This document shows positions 10,088 through 19,382 of a stretch of DNA of 64,000 bases, piece after piece. Numbering within the stretch: the stretch's first letter is position 1; the number at the start of each line of letters is the position of its first letter. Source of the stretch: Candidatus Heimdallarchaeota archaeon (lineage in GTDB: Archaea; Asgardarchaeota; Heimdallarchaeia; JABLTI01); contig JABCTZ010000046.1 of assembly GCA_018238155.1 (NCBI GenBank), forward strand, positions 32,001 through 96,000, written 5' to 3'. The position numbers and the translations under genes were made by a program. Under the pieces are notes generated by a model. That model was not told where the DNA came from, did not search any database, and worked only from the letters and a program-made list of their open reading frames with translations.

Positions 10088-10573
10088 ATGGTAAAAGAAA
10101 AACATGATTTAGCTCAACTTAAGAAAAATGCTAAAACCGTGGAAGATTACATGAGCTGTTTAGAGGGAAAGAGTGGAGAAGAAATAAAAGCTAACTGTGA
10201 ATCGTATGAACCAAAACAGGATGTAGTAACGGCGCTTGCAGAAAAAGCTAAGGGATACACTTTTGTTGTTTTTTCTGCTGTTTGGTGTAAAGATTGTAAA
10301 ACGAATGTAGCAGCATTTGCAAAAATATTAGCGCAACAGCCTGATATCGAAGGTATCTTTTTCGGCGGTATTAAAACTGCACCTTTGGATCCAGAAATCC
10401 GTTGGAGAGTTCCACCATCACCTCCAGAAGTAGATGATTTTGATCTTCGTAAAATTCCAAGCTTCTATATACTCAATTCAGAAGGTGTTCAAGTTGGAGA
10501 AATGATAGAAAATCCAGAACACAAAGAAACATTGGAAGAAGAACTACTATATATTTTAGAGAATCTTCAATGA
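10088..10573 (+). CDS. Thioredoxin-family protein
   Basis: WCKDC active site, KIPSF cis-Pro motif, G..IENP. Confidence 0.85.
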   Translation: MVKEKHDLAQLKKNAKTVEDYMSCLEGKSGEEIKANCESYEPKQDVVTALAEKAKGYTFVVFSAVWCKDCKTNVAAFAKILAQQPDIEGIFFGGIKTAPLDPEIRWRVPPSPPEVDDFDLRKIPSFYILNSEGVQVGEMIENPEHKETLEEELLYILENLQ

Positions 10574-10584
10574 TTCTCCTTTTT

Positions 10585-11358
10585 TTATGTTAAAGGGTTT
10601 AACCATTGGAGCCCTAATGCCCAAGAAATTAAAACCATTATTATTGGAACAGTTAAATTATCAAAATCTGAGGGGCTTAAACCTTCTGTAATTGTAGCCA
10701 CGAAAGCAAGTATGAGTATTTTTCCCCAGAGCCAAGGCCAAATTCCTCCAAATAACCAATTCTCACCATGAACTAAACCAAATAAAAAGACAATGAGATA
10801 ACTAAATGCTACAGAAAAAATGAACATAGCAATACTTCCCTCAAGCGATTTTTCTGCTCCACCAATAGAACGATACTTATGTTTTCCAAAATATCTCCCA
10901 GCTATTGGAGCAATGCCATCACCCCAAGCAATAGTCATTATGATGATTAATCCCCATGGTTGATCTTTCCAAATAAAAATACAAATCAAAGCCATTATTA
11001 AAGCATAAAATAGAGTTCCTTTAATTAAATCAAAAGGTTCACCAGTTCGAGACATACTGTCTACCATAAAACGACCTGGTATGACTTTTAATCCAATTAA
11101 GATGAAAATAATAGCAGTAAGAAAAGGTAAAATGGCTCCTACCCATCTTGCCCAGCTATTATCAGAAGCCATAAGCCAAAAGAAAGAATAACACCCCGCA
11201 GAAATATGTACTCCTTTACGAGTAAAGAAAACATCCATACCATTTTTACTTAAGAAATAGAATATAGTAAGAAAAATCATTAATACAAGAAACATACAAA
11301 TAAGCATAATCCAATCTTGATATTTAGTATACCATTCAATGAAGGTCATTTTTTTCAA
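10585..11358 (-). CDS. Phytol/dolichol kinase-family (CTP-dependent isoprenoid alcohol kinase) membrane protein
   Basis: RKGVHI, GDGIAPIAGRYFG, KSLEGS and DNLTVP motifs; multiple TM segments. Confidence 0.85.
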   Translation of the reverse strand: MKKMTFIEWYTKYQDWIMLICMFLVLMIFLTIFYFLSKNGMDVFFTRKGVHISAGCYSFFWLMASDNSWARWVGAILPFLTAIIFILIGLKVIPGRFMVDSMSRTGEPFDLIKGTLFYALIMALICIFIWKDQPWGLIIIMTIAWGDGIAPIAGRYFGKHKYRSIGGAEKSLEGSIAMFIFSVAFSYLIVFLFGLVHGENWLFGGIWPWLWGKILILAFVATITEGLSPSDFDNLTVPIIMVLISWALGLQWLNPLT

Positions 11359-11539
11359 ACCAAAAGATTTGTGAAATTAATAATTAATATTAAAAAACAC
11401 TTATCTTATTTAATTATTTTCTGAGCTTACGAAAGAACAAAATAGTAGTAAATTTGCCGAGAACATTAAGTTCAATATGTGATATTTTTTAAAGTATAAA
11501 GAACAAATAATAAGAAGAAGATATGGAGTAATAAAATAT

Positions 11540-14500
11540 ATGAACTCTAGGATTAAAATTCTTAAAGATATAATGGAAATCGAAAAGCAATTCGCTCTTG
11601 AGAAAATTAATTCTGAAGTTTTCGAAACCAAAATGCATGTATTAGAACAAAAATTCCAACAAGCAAATGCACTAACAGAAGATGAATTACGATTAGCAAT
11701 CGATACAAAAGAAATCCCTCTTAGTGCTAATAGTTTAATTGGTAAAATATCAATTGAAAATTTGATACCAAACAGTAAAGTCCCTCGAACGTTCTTTAGA
11801 CACCTTAAAATTCGAAGAGAAATAAGTGAATTAGAAAGGAATGTAAAAAAATTAAAGCATGATATGCACAAAATAAAGATCCTATTAGCAGAGAAAAAAG
11901 TAAATCAAGATTCTGCTACAAGAAAATTGGAAACGTTAGAGTATGATCTTAGACTAGCTCAAAATCGATTTGGTGCTCGAGAGAAATATCTAAAACGAAA
12001 CCCATCAAAAGGTCACCTACTTAAATTCACTCTGACGAATTTTCTGCAATTCTCCTATGGTCATGGCGTGGAAAACAATGCTGAATTATTAACGATAACT
12101 CAAGAACTAAAGAAGGAAATTAATTTAAGAATTAAATATCGTGATGCTTTAGCAGAGTTACTTGCAACACTAAAAACAACTCAATTGGAAATTCGTTCCT
12201 CTTCAAAAATCGGCTCACTTCCTGACTTTAAAAAATTACGCGAATTTCAACAAACAATAAATGAACTTCATGATTACATAAAATTACTAACTGTTGATAT
12301 AAATGACTTTCAAAATTGTTTAAGCAGATTAGAAAAAAATAATTTAAAAATGGATGAATCACATGAATTATTTGTTGATAATTCATTTGGAATCAATGTG
12401 GATGCCAGTACAGAGAACCTTTCATCACCGATAGAAAATGAAAGTAAACTTAGTGCTTCTGAAGTTGAAACTGATCCGTTACTTAAAACTATAGCTATTG
12501 ATGAAGATAAGTTTGAAAATACTTTCTTTTTAATTGACACATTAGATATTGAAGATACTATTGAAGAAGATAAAGTATCTTTGAAATCAGAAGAAATTGA
12601 TGCGAAATTACGTGTACCTGAAACACCACAATTAACAATTTCAACTGATATTGGTTTAGAAATAGTCGGTATGGAAGATTTCAATTTACAATATAATATT
12701 AAAGGGTCTCCAAAAAGAATGAACGAGCTAACTGAAGGAGTAATCCTCAATTCTTTTGAAGAATTTCTAACTCAACTTTTGGATTCAAAAGAAGTTGAAG
12801 AAGAACCAAAAACGGTAAAAGTAGAAAAACCACAAAGCAAACAAGTGATTGCAAAAGCAACCTTCAAAAGTTTAGCAGAAGAAGTAAAAAAACGAAAGAC
12901 TTCTGATATTCCTAAACCCTCTAAGAGAGATTCAGAACATAGTATTGAAGCTCAAGAAGTAGGAGAAGCTTTTGATGAAATCACTGAAATAAAAGAAATT
13001 AGTGCTTTACAACAAGATGAATTAGAAGCAATTGAAATACATGAGCCCGAAATTCCAGTAAGTGAATCAACAGAAGCAGTTGGAGAGATACCAACAATTC
13101 CGGATGTAGAAAATAGCTCCCTCCCCGAAATTGATTCTTCTTTAGGTGAAGCTTTGTCACCGGAAAAAGCTCAACAAGAGACAAAAGAAATTAGTCCTTC
13201 TCGTCAAATTGTTGAAGAAAATCTGATAAAACCACAAAAAACTTCTATGGTTTCAGAGAAATTATTGGAAGCAGCAACAGAAGCATGGAAATTAACTGGT
13301 AAAGCTCTATTTAATCTCAAAGATGATGGTTCACGTGAATTTTACGGTTACTTGCAAGAAGCAGTAGTTTATGATAAAAATAAATTAGGATACACTTTGG
13401 TAACAGAACCAATTGCAGATCAAACTGTGATTGATAAAATATTCGATCAAATAAAACCTCTCTGGGTTACAGAAGAGCTATTGGAATCAGCAACAAAACG
13501 GAAAGTTTTTCTTATTCAAGAAGTAGTTGACTCTTTACAGATACAGAGAGATGTAGCTTTACATATTTCCAAATTACAAGAATTCTCGAATTTTAGAAAT
13601 ATCAATTTCCCAAGCTCAGATAAAATTGGAAAACCAGAGATTCTTGGCCTGGTGCCAATCAATAAAATAAGAATTAAACGTGGATCGATTATTTGCAAAT
13701 TAGATGATATTGCAGCACAACAACCATATAGAACTGCTCCATGGTCAGCAAATGATTTTGAAAATGAAGAGAATAATCCGATAGGAAAAAACTGCTTATT
13801 ACATCATGGAGTTTCATTTGGTAAAATAATAGCTTCCGTGAAGCATCCACTTATGGGGAATGTTTTTCTTGTAGACACAAATCAACCTGATAAATCAATT
13901 GTCAATTATTTAGTCCAGAGATTGAATATTTCTGAAGATGATAAAACGGAACGACTTTGGCTATTGAAATACCTAATAGCTAAACAGTTGCGGATTCCAG
14001 AAGGTGAAGCTCTTAAACCAAAGACATTAATTAACTACTCATTACAAAGAGGTTTCCCAATACTCCCTAATGAAATTCTCAACTCTTATAGAGTATTTAT
14101 TTCAGGTGGATCTATCAATAGTATCAAAAGAAATAATGTTACTTTAAAAAATTCTGCACGAATTTTCCATCCTTCTGAAGTCATTCCAATAGAATGCTTA
14201 CGTGTTCGAACAACAAATGGTCGGCATTTGGGAACCTGTCTAGGTATTTCCTTATCAGATAAACCCGTTCTTCTTATTTCTGAAAAATTATCTCGAGAAA
14301 TGGTTGCACTTTTCACCAATGCAACTGTAGAAAAACAAATTATGACTGACATTTCAGACTCAGTAATTGGAAGTATTGGAGTAGAGTTACGAGATTCCTT
14401 GTGTCCACATAATATTTTGAAAACACTTATTGTTGGAAGAAAAATACAAACATTAACAGAATATGGTCATTATCTTTCAAAAATGATTGTCACAGGTATT

Positions 14501-14596
14501 GATCTGTCGAGAATTCAAGTCGTAGAGAAAGGAACGGTCTATATTACTGCAATGGAAGTATTTTCAAATCCAAATATCTTTGGACAAGAAAACTAA
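11540..14596 (+). CDS. Large hypothetical protein: N-terminal coiled coil, acidic linker, three C-terminal PRC-barrel-like repeats
   Basis: 1018-aa ORF with a heptad-rich N-terminus, a Glu/Pro-rich middle and three repeats of about 130 aa (see findings). Confidence 0.6.
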   Translation: MNSRIKILKDIMEIEKQFALEKINSEVFETKMHVLEQKFQQANALTEDELRLAIDTKEIPLSANSLIGKISIENLIPNSKVPRTFFRHLKIRREISELERNVKKLKHDMHKIKILLAEKKVNQDSATRKLETLEYDLRLAQNRFGAREKYLKRNPSKGHLLKFTLTNFLQFSYGHGVENNAELLTITQELKKEINLRIKYRDALAELLATLKTTQLEIRSSSKIGSLPDFKKLREFQQTINELHDYIKLLTVDINDFQNCLSRLEKNNLKMDESHELFVDNSFGINVDASTENLSSPIENESKLSASEVETDPLLKTIAIDEDKFENTFFLIDTLDIEDTIEEDKVSLKSEEIDAKLRVPETPQLTISTDIGLEIVGMEDFNLQYNIKGSPKRMNELTEGVILNSFEEFLTQLLDSKEVEEEPKTVKVEKPQSKQVIAKATFKSLAEEVKKRKTSDIPKPSKRDSEHSIEAQEVGEAFDEITEIKEISALQQDELEAIEIHEPEIPVSESTEAVGEIPTIPDVENSSLPEIDSSLGEALSPEKAQQETKEISPSRQIVEENLIKPQKTSMVSEKLLEAATEAWKLTGKALFNLKDDGSREFYGYLQEAVVYDKNKLGYTLVTEPIADQTVIDKIFDQIKPLWVTEELLESATKRKVFLIQEVVDSLQIQRDVALHISKLQEFSNFRNINFPSSDKIGKPEILGLVPINKIRIKRGSIICKLDDIAAQQPYRTAPWSANDFENEENNPIGKNCLLHHGVSFGKIIASVKHPLMGNVFLVDTNQPDKSIVNYLVQRLNISEDDKTERLWLLKYLIAKQLRIPEGEALKPKTLINYSLQRGFPILPNEILNSYRVFISGGSINSIKRNNVTLKNSARIFHPSEVIPIECLRVRTTNGRHLGTCLGISLSDKPVLLISEKLSREMVALFTNATVEKQIMTDISDSVIGSIGVELRDSLCPHNILKTLIVGRKIQTLTEYGHYLSKMIVTGIDLSRIQVVEKGTVYITAMEVFSNPNIFGQEN

Positions 14597-14647
14597 AATA
14601 AGAAAAAAGTTTTTCTAAAAAAATAAGAAAGAAGTCTATGATGACGA

Positions 14648-15025
14648 TTAACCTGGTTTCACTTCAGATGCTAAACGGGCAATATCAACATATGCATGTC
14701 TTACTTGATGAGAAGGTGAACACCAAGCCATCACGAAACCTTGCCAGAAGGGAGTTTTTGCAATAACTATGTGCCCTTGTTTTTGAGTGTTTGTGCAAAT
14801 CATTCGACTATTTGTTATATCAATGGTTGAATATTTTATCCCTTGTATCACTATCCAAGGAGCTTTTTTTGTCCATGAATCAATCATGGTTGGTCCATCT
14901 ACTTGCCAATTTTGTGTTTGCCAATGGACAGCACCATCAGCCCCTATTAAAGCAAGTGCTCCTACTACACCATCATTTTGTAATCTTGCAGCTTCTGATT
15001 CAAATGTCAATTTAGTTATCTCCAT
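14648..15025 (-). CDS. Profilin (Asgard type)
   Basis: ALIGADGAVHWQTQNW...IQGIKYS....NSRMICTNTQKQGHIVIA matches the Asgard profilin pattern; 125 aa. Confidence 0.85.
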   Translation of the reverse strand: MEITKLTFESEAARLQNDGVVGALALIGADGAVHWQTQNWQVDGPTMIDSWTKKAPWIVIQGIKYSTIDITNSRMICTNTQKQGHIVIAKTPFWQGFVMAWCSPSHQVRHAYVDIARLASEVKPG

Positions 15026-15188
15026 CTATTATTTTTCTACAAATGTTAGTTTGACGTTTAATATTGTCAAATCTATTTTAACAACTTATTTATTAAGTCC
15101 TATGGTTGATGTAAAAAAATTTCAATTGCGGCAAATGAGTATCTCTATTAGAAAGAGGCTAAAAAAAACAGCAAAAAAGGAAAAAGAA

Positions 15189-15214
15189 GCGAAATACGAG
15201 ATTTCTCGTTTCGC
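15189..15214 (-). terminator. Hairpin plus U-tract after the protease gene
   Basis: GCGAAATACGAG-ATTT-CTCGTTTCGC, followed by T-runs on the minus strand. Confidence 0.6.
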
Positions 15215-15226
15215 ATCATAGATAGT

Positions 15227-18175
15227 TTATTTCTTTCGTCTTGAAATCAGATAGCTACCTGCTAAACCTAAAATGCTAATTGAAATCAAAATTATTGGTG
15301 TAAATCCAGCCTTAACTGTCTCAGTACATTCAAAGAGCAGATAATCAAATTCATCGACACCTGTTGTTCCACATTCAGGATAGAAATGATAGGTACCAAG
15401 GGATTCACATTCATAAGCAAATGACCACATACCATTAGTTAATTCTACCCAAGTAAGGTTGTGACGTGTATCTTCGGGAGTGATAACATATCCACCAAAG
15501 TCTGCACCAGGACCACTAATGTATTCATAAGTCATGTTCATTACTCCAGCAGTAAAGGAGTAATTATATTGTTTAATCCTATGCTCTGCTGTTGCCCATC
15601 GGACAAGATTTCGACCGAAAACATCATTCTGTGTACCAATGCCACTGTATTTGTTTTTATACCCATCACTATCTAGAGCAAAGTTTGTTGACATAACAAT
15701 AACTCTTCCGCCAGATGGTGCTTGGTAATAAGCAACTGTGGAATAATCATATCCTGCAGCAAATTCAGTGACTTGAACCGCATCACCTGATGTTTCTAAA
15801 GAACATCCATAATGATCAACACCGGTAACTCCAGCTGTAAGAGCATGATTGCCTACTGGATTTACGATGAGTGTAGATGGTGAACCCCAAATATCATCTC
15901 GAACGTGTATACCATATTGATCTGTGAATTCATTGATGTGAGTAACATTTGTTCCATAAACCATTGAGAGTTCATCATTAAAGGCGTTTCCATTGAAATT
16001 AAGGAAAACACTTCCACCTGCAGTGACAAAATTACTTAATGCTGTTAATTCTGCTGTAGAAAGTGGATTATATGTAGAACTATCCAATGCATCATCTATG
16101 AGAATGCTGTATGGATCTGGGAACCACACTGCTTCATAATTGCTTAATATATCTGCAGTAAGAACAATACTTTGTTCACTAATAACCCAACCTCTATTCA
16201 ATAGATCGGCAGTAAAGAATTTATATTGTCCATACATGTGATCATTCATCCAATTTGTTGTCCTATAATTGAGGAGCATTCTATGTTCCCCATGGCTTGG
16301 AACAACTTTGATTTTGACATCAACAGTATCTAAAACGGTTCCTTTGTATTTAAAAGTAAATTCTCCGTTGTAAGTACCAGGCGCAGTGGTTACTGGAACT
16401 GAATAAGTGACTCTAGCAGTTGCAGAGTAGTAGTTACTAACTTCATCTAAATCTAATAAAGCTGCAGCGGTACCTGAAACTTCCAAAGTTAAATTATTGT
16501 CTCTAAATGGTGAGACACAAGTGACAAATTGTTCTACCACTTGACCTTGAAGTAATTCAGCATAAATAGATACTGGATTAGTAAGTGGATTAAGAGCACC
16601 AATGATTGGATAATTGCCTTCTTTATCAGCATTTATTAACAAAGTAGCTGCGGCACCAACGTTAGCCATACCTCTACCTTGTATTAAGTGATCAAATGAA
16701 TGTGTTGGTAATGGTTTTGCTGTGTACATTAAAGCACTTTTAATTGCACCAGGATTATATGAGAGACTTTCTGTTTTACAAACATCAACTAATATAGCTG
16801 CAGCACCGGCTATTTGTGGTGCGGACATAGAAGTACCACTCATTGAAACATATCCAGTATCAGATTGATAACTGCAAGACATGATACCGTAACCAGGAGC
16901 TACTAAATCTGGTTTCATTGTATTATCAGCATTTGGTCCTAGAGATGAGAAATAAGCCATACTTAATGGAAGTGAAGAGTCATCTGCTGCACCAACAGAA
17001 ATAGCTGCGGTAGGAGAATCTGTAGAATAAACACCTTGATCGCCTTCATTACCGTTTGAATGAACAAATTTTACTCCGTTATTATTAACAACGTTCGTAA
17101 TAGCTGCTTCTAGAATATTGATACTTGGTTCCGCTCCACATCCAAAGCTCATATTGATAACATCAGCACCTTGAGCTGATAACCAATTTACACCGGCAAT
17201 CATTGATACCAATGTTGCGGGAGCACCATCTTCGTGATGATCACCAATTTTTGCTGCATAAAATGTTACTCCAGGAGCAATACCAACTCTTTGTGAATTA
17301 GCTGTACCATCACCACCAACTATACCTGCGACATGAGTGCCGTGCCCAACAAAATCAGTGTTGGATGTATCAGTAAAATCATATCCATATCCTATTGTAA
17401 CGAAACTTTGTTGTTTACCAACTCTACCTGATAGGTCTGCATGAGTTGAACGAATGCCAGTATCAAGAATTCCGACATTAACTCCGCTTCCATCATATCC
17501 AGCATTTACCAATAGAGTAGCATTCATTGTATTGGCATTTTTTAAAGTATCAGGAGAAAAGGAATAATCAGTATCATCCTTAACAGTATCAAATGTATAA
17601 TAAATATCAGTTGTATCAGCTATTGTTGAATATGCACCAAGACTTTTGATGTCATTTTCAACACCAGAATAATAAGGTACTAAAGCACAACCTGTTTCCC
17701 AAAATATTTCACTGTTTTCAAAAGCTAACAAAGTGGATAGATCAGAGAAATCAGATCCGACAATTGCAACCATGATAAATCTTATTTCTGCAGTAGTAAT
17801 AAAAACAACATCAGTCAATTCTGCAATTTGATATAATGAATCTTCTGTTGTAGAGATTTTTACTCTTGTTCCTGCATCCCAAATATCGTTAGTGCAAACA
17901 GCACCAAGATTAGTCAATTTTTGCAAATCAAGGGAATCAATGCGATGATTGAATTTGATAGCAATCTCATCTGAGTATCCGTTGGTAAATGCCGTGGTAC
18001 TCAATAATTTATCGTCTATTTTATCTCCATTATTATCAATTGCTTCTTTCATGTACAAAGTTGGTTCTGTAACACTAAAAGCGGACACATTAATATTAGC
18101 AATTATTTTGGGTCCGGCAGCAGATAATATGAATAATGATAGAAGACTTAAACCTAGAATAGTTCCTTTCTTCAT
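15227..18175 (-). CDS. Secreted, C-terminally anchored S8 subtilase with Ig-like and GATase-like domains (Site-1 protease-like architecture)
   Basis: Signal peptide; catalytic motifs ILDTG, GHGTHVAG, SNGNEG and SGTSMSAP; C-terminal TM helix followed by RRKK. Confidence 0.9.
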   Translation of the reverse strand: MKKGTILGLSLLSLFILSAAGPKIIANINVSAFSVTEPTLYMKEAIDNNGDKIDDKLLSTTAFTNGYSDEIAIKFNHRIDSLDLQKLTNLGAVCTNDIWDAGTRVKISTTEDSLYQIAELTDVVFITTAEIRFIMVAIVGSDFSDLSTLLAFENSEIFWETGCALVPYYSGVENDIKSLGAYSTIADTTDIYYTFDTVKDDTDYSFSPDTLKNANTMNATLLVNAGYDGSGVNVGILDTGIRSTHADLSGRVGKQQSFVTIGYGYDFTDTSNTDFVGHGTHVAGIVGGDGTANSQRVGIAPGVTFYAAKIGDHHEDGAPATLVSMIAGVNWLSAQGADVINMSFGCGAEPSINILEAAITNVVNNNGVKFVHSNGNEGDQGVYSTDSPTAAISVGAADDSSLPLSMAYFSSLGPNADNTMKPDLVAPGYGIMSCSYQSDTGYVSMSGTSMSAPQIAGAAAILVDVCKTESLSYNPGAIKSALMYTAKPLPTHSFDHLIQGRGMANVGAAATLLINADKEGNYPIIGALNPLTNPVSIYAELLQGQVVEQFVTCVSPFRDNNLTLEVSGTAAALLDLDEVSNYYSATARVTYSVPVTTAPGTYNGEFTFKYKGTVLDTVDVKIKVVPSHGEHRMLLNYRTTNWMNDHMYGQYKFFTADLLNRGWVISEQSIVLTADILSNYEAVWFPDPYSILIDDALDSSTYNPLSTAELTALSNFVTAGGSVFLNFNGNAFNDELSMVYGTNVTHINEFTDQYGIHVRDDIWGSPSTLIVNPVGNHALTAGVTGVDHYGCSLETSGDAVQVTEFAAGYDYSTVAYYQAPSGGRVIVMSTNFALDSDGYKNKYSGIGTQNDVFGRNLVRWATAEHRIKQYNYSFTAGVMNMTYEYISGPGADFGGYVITPEDTRHNLTWVELTNGMWSFAYECESLGTYHFYPECGTTGVDEFDYLLFECTETVKAGFTPIILISISILGLAGSYLISRRKK

Positions 18176-18310
18176 TTTCTACACCCATATATTATTTCTT
18201 TCTACTAAACATTGAATCTAGAAATGAATCTATCTACTTCTAAATCCAAAACTAAAAGAAGATAAGAAAATTCTTCTAAAAAAAGGTTTCTTCAAAACTT
18301 ATTTTAAATT

Positions 18311-19261
18311 TCACAAACGACTTGCTATTTTAAAGGTAATTTCTATGAGTGCTTGTAAAGAATTGCTGAACAGATATGTAATGGGTTCAATTCCGACTCC
18401 CCCAGTATTTAGTATGGCGAAAATTCCTCCTACTTTAATTGGTTCAATTAGTTCTTTCAATATCACATGCGCTTTTTTCGTTTTTTTCTCCTTGAATAGT
18501 TTTTCAAATTCATTATTTGGAAAAGTATGATATTTGATAGCCAAATTCTCCATTATTCGAAGAACTTTATCATTGTTAACAATATTTATTGTGCTATTAA
18601 AGGAAGGAGAATAAGCATTTATAGTCAAAAGTATTTGAGCCATGTGTTTTGATGCACCAAATTCTGGTGGAAGAAGTGCGCGTACTTTCCCTCTAATTTT
18701 TGTTATTCGTCCAGGAAACGCAGCAATATCATCTATTGTTTTCGGTTCTGGCAAACATTTGCATATATTGAGCAACACTTGGGGCATTACCTTTACAAAA
18801 TCTTCCTTTCTCTCCATTGCGGATAATACTTCCAATAATTCAGTAATAACTTTCTTTCTACTTTCGATTAGAATTTCATCTGTTATCGGTAAGCATCCTT
18901 GGCACCCGGCAGTTATTCCCGGATAACTTTTCACATGCTTTCTACAAGTTAAACCACTTATTCGGAGATTCACACAACTAGAGCAAATTTTTCTGATGAT
19001 TTCTTCAGGTGAAGCATTGTTGATAGAACTAGCAACAATATCATTAACTAGCAGCTTCACAGTATTACTTTCAAGATATTCCTCCTTACCTTCCGCTCGA
19101 ATAGTATCTAATGATTTAAGATAACTACTTATCGTTGGTTGGCTTACACCCATTTTTTCAGCAACTTCACTTTGGGTCATATGATTTATCAATTCTTGAG
19201 CTACCAGCCCACGGACAAGTGGTAAAAAATTCTGAGTTACAATTTCACAAGGAGGACGCAT
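18311..19261 (-). CDS. thiR: HTH plus ThiN (thiamine-phosphate synthase-like) domain regulator, ThiR-like
   Basis: MRPPCE....LP.VR...TQSEVAEKMGVSQPTISSY HTH; IAAFPGRI...PEFGASKHMA ThiN motif. Confidence 0.8.
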   Translation of the reverse strand: MRPPCEIVTQNFLPLVRGLVAQELINHMTQSEVAEKMGVSQPTISSYLKSLDTIRAEGKEEYLESNTVKLLVNDIVASSINNASPEEIIRKICSSCVNLRISGLTCRKHVKSYPGITAGCQGCLPITDEILIESRKKVITELLEVLSAMERKEDFVKVMPQVLLNICKCLPEPKTIDDIAAFPGRITKIRGKVRALLPPEFGASKHMAQILLTINAYSPSFNSTINIVNNDKVLRIMENLAIKYHTFPNNEFEKLFKEKKTKKAHVILKELIEPIKVGGIFAILNTGGVGIEPITYLFSNSLQALIEITFKIASRL

Positions 19262-19341
19262 TTTTCAATACCCAGTAAAGATTGTATTAAGTCAAATAAA
19301 TGATTTTCTATTTTTAACTTTAAAATGGCAAGAAGAAAAGA

Positions 19342-19363
19342 ATGAAAGCTATTTAGCTTTCAT
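19342..19363 (-). terminator. Hairpin downstream of the 19383 gene
   Basis: ATGAAAGCT-ATTT-AGCTTTCAT, followed by TCTTTT on the minus strand. Confidence 0.55.
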
Positions 19364-19382
19364 AAATAACCTTTTTTTGATC

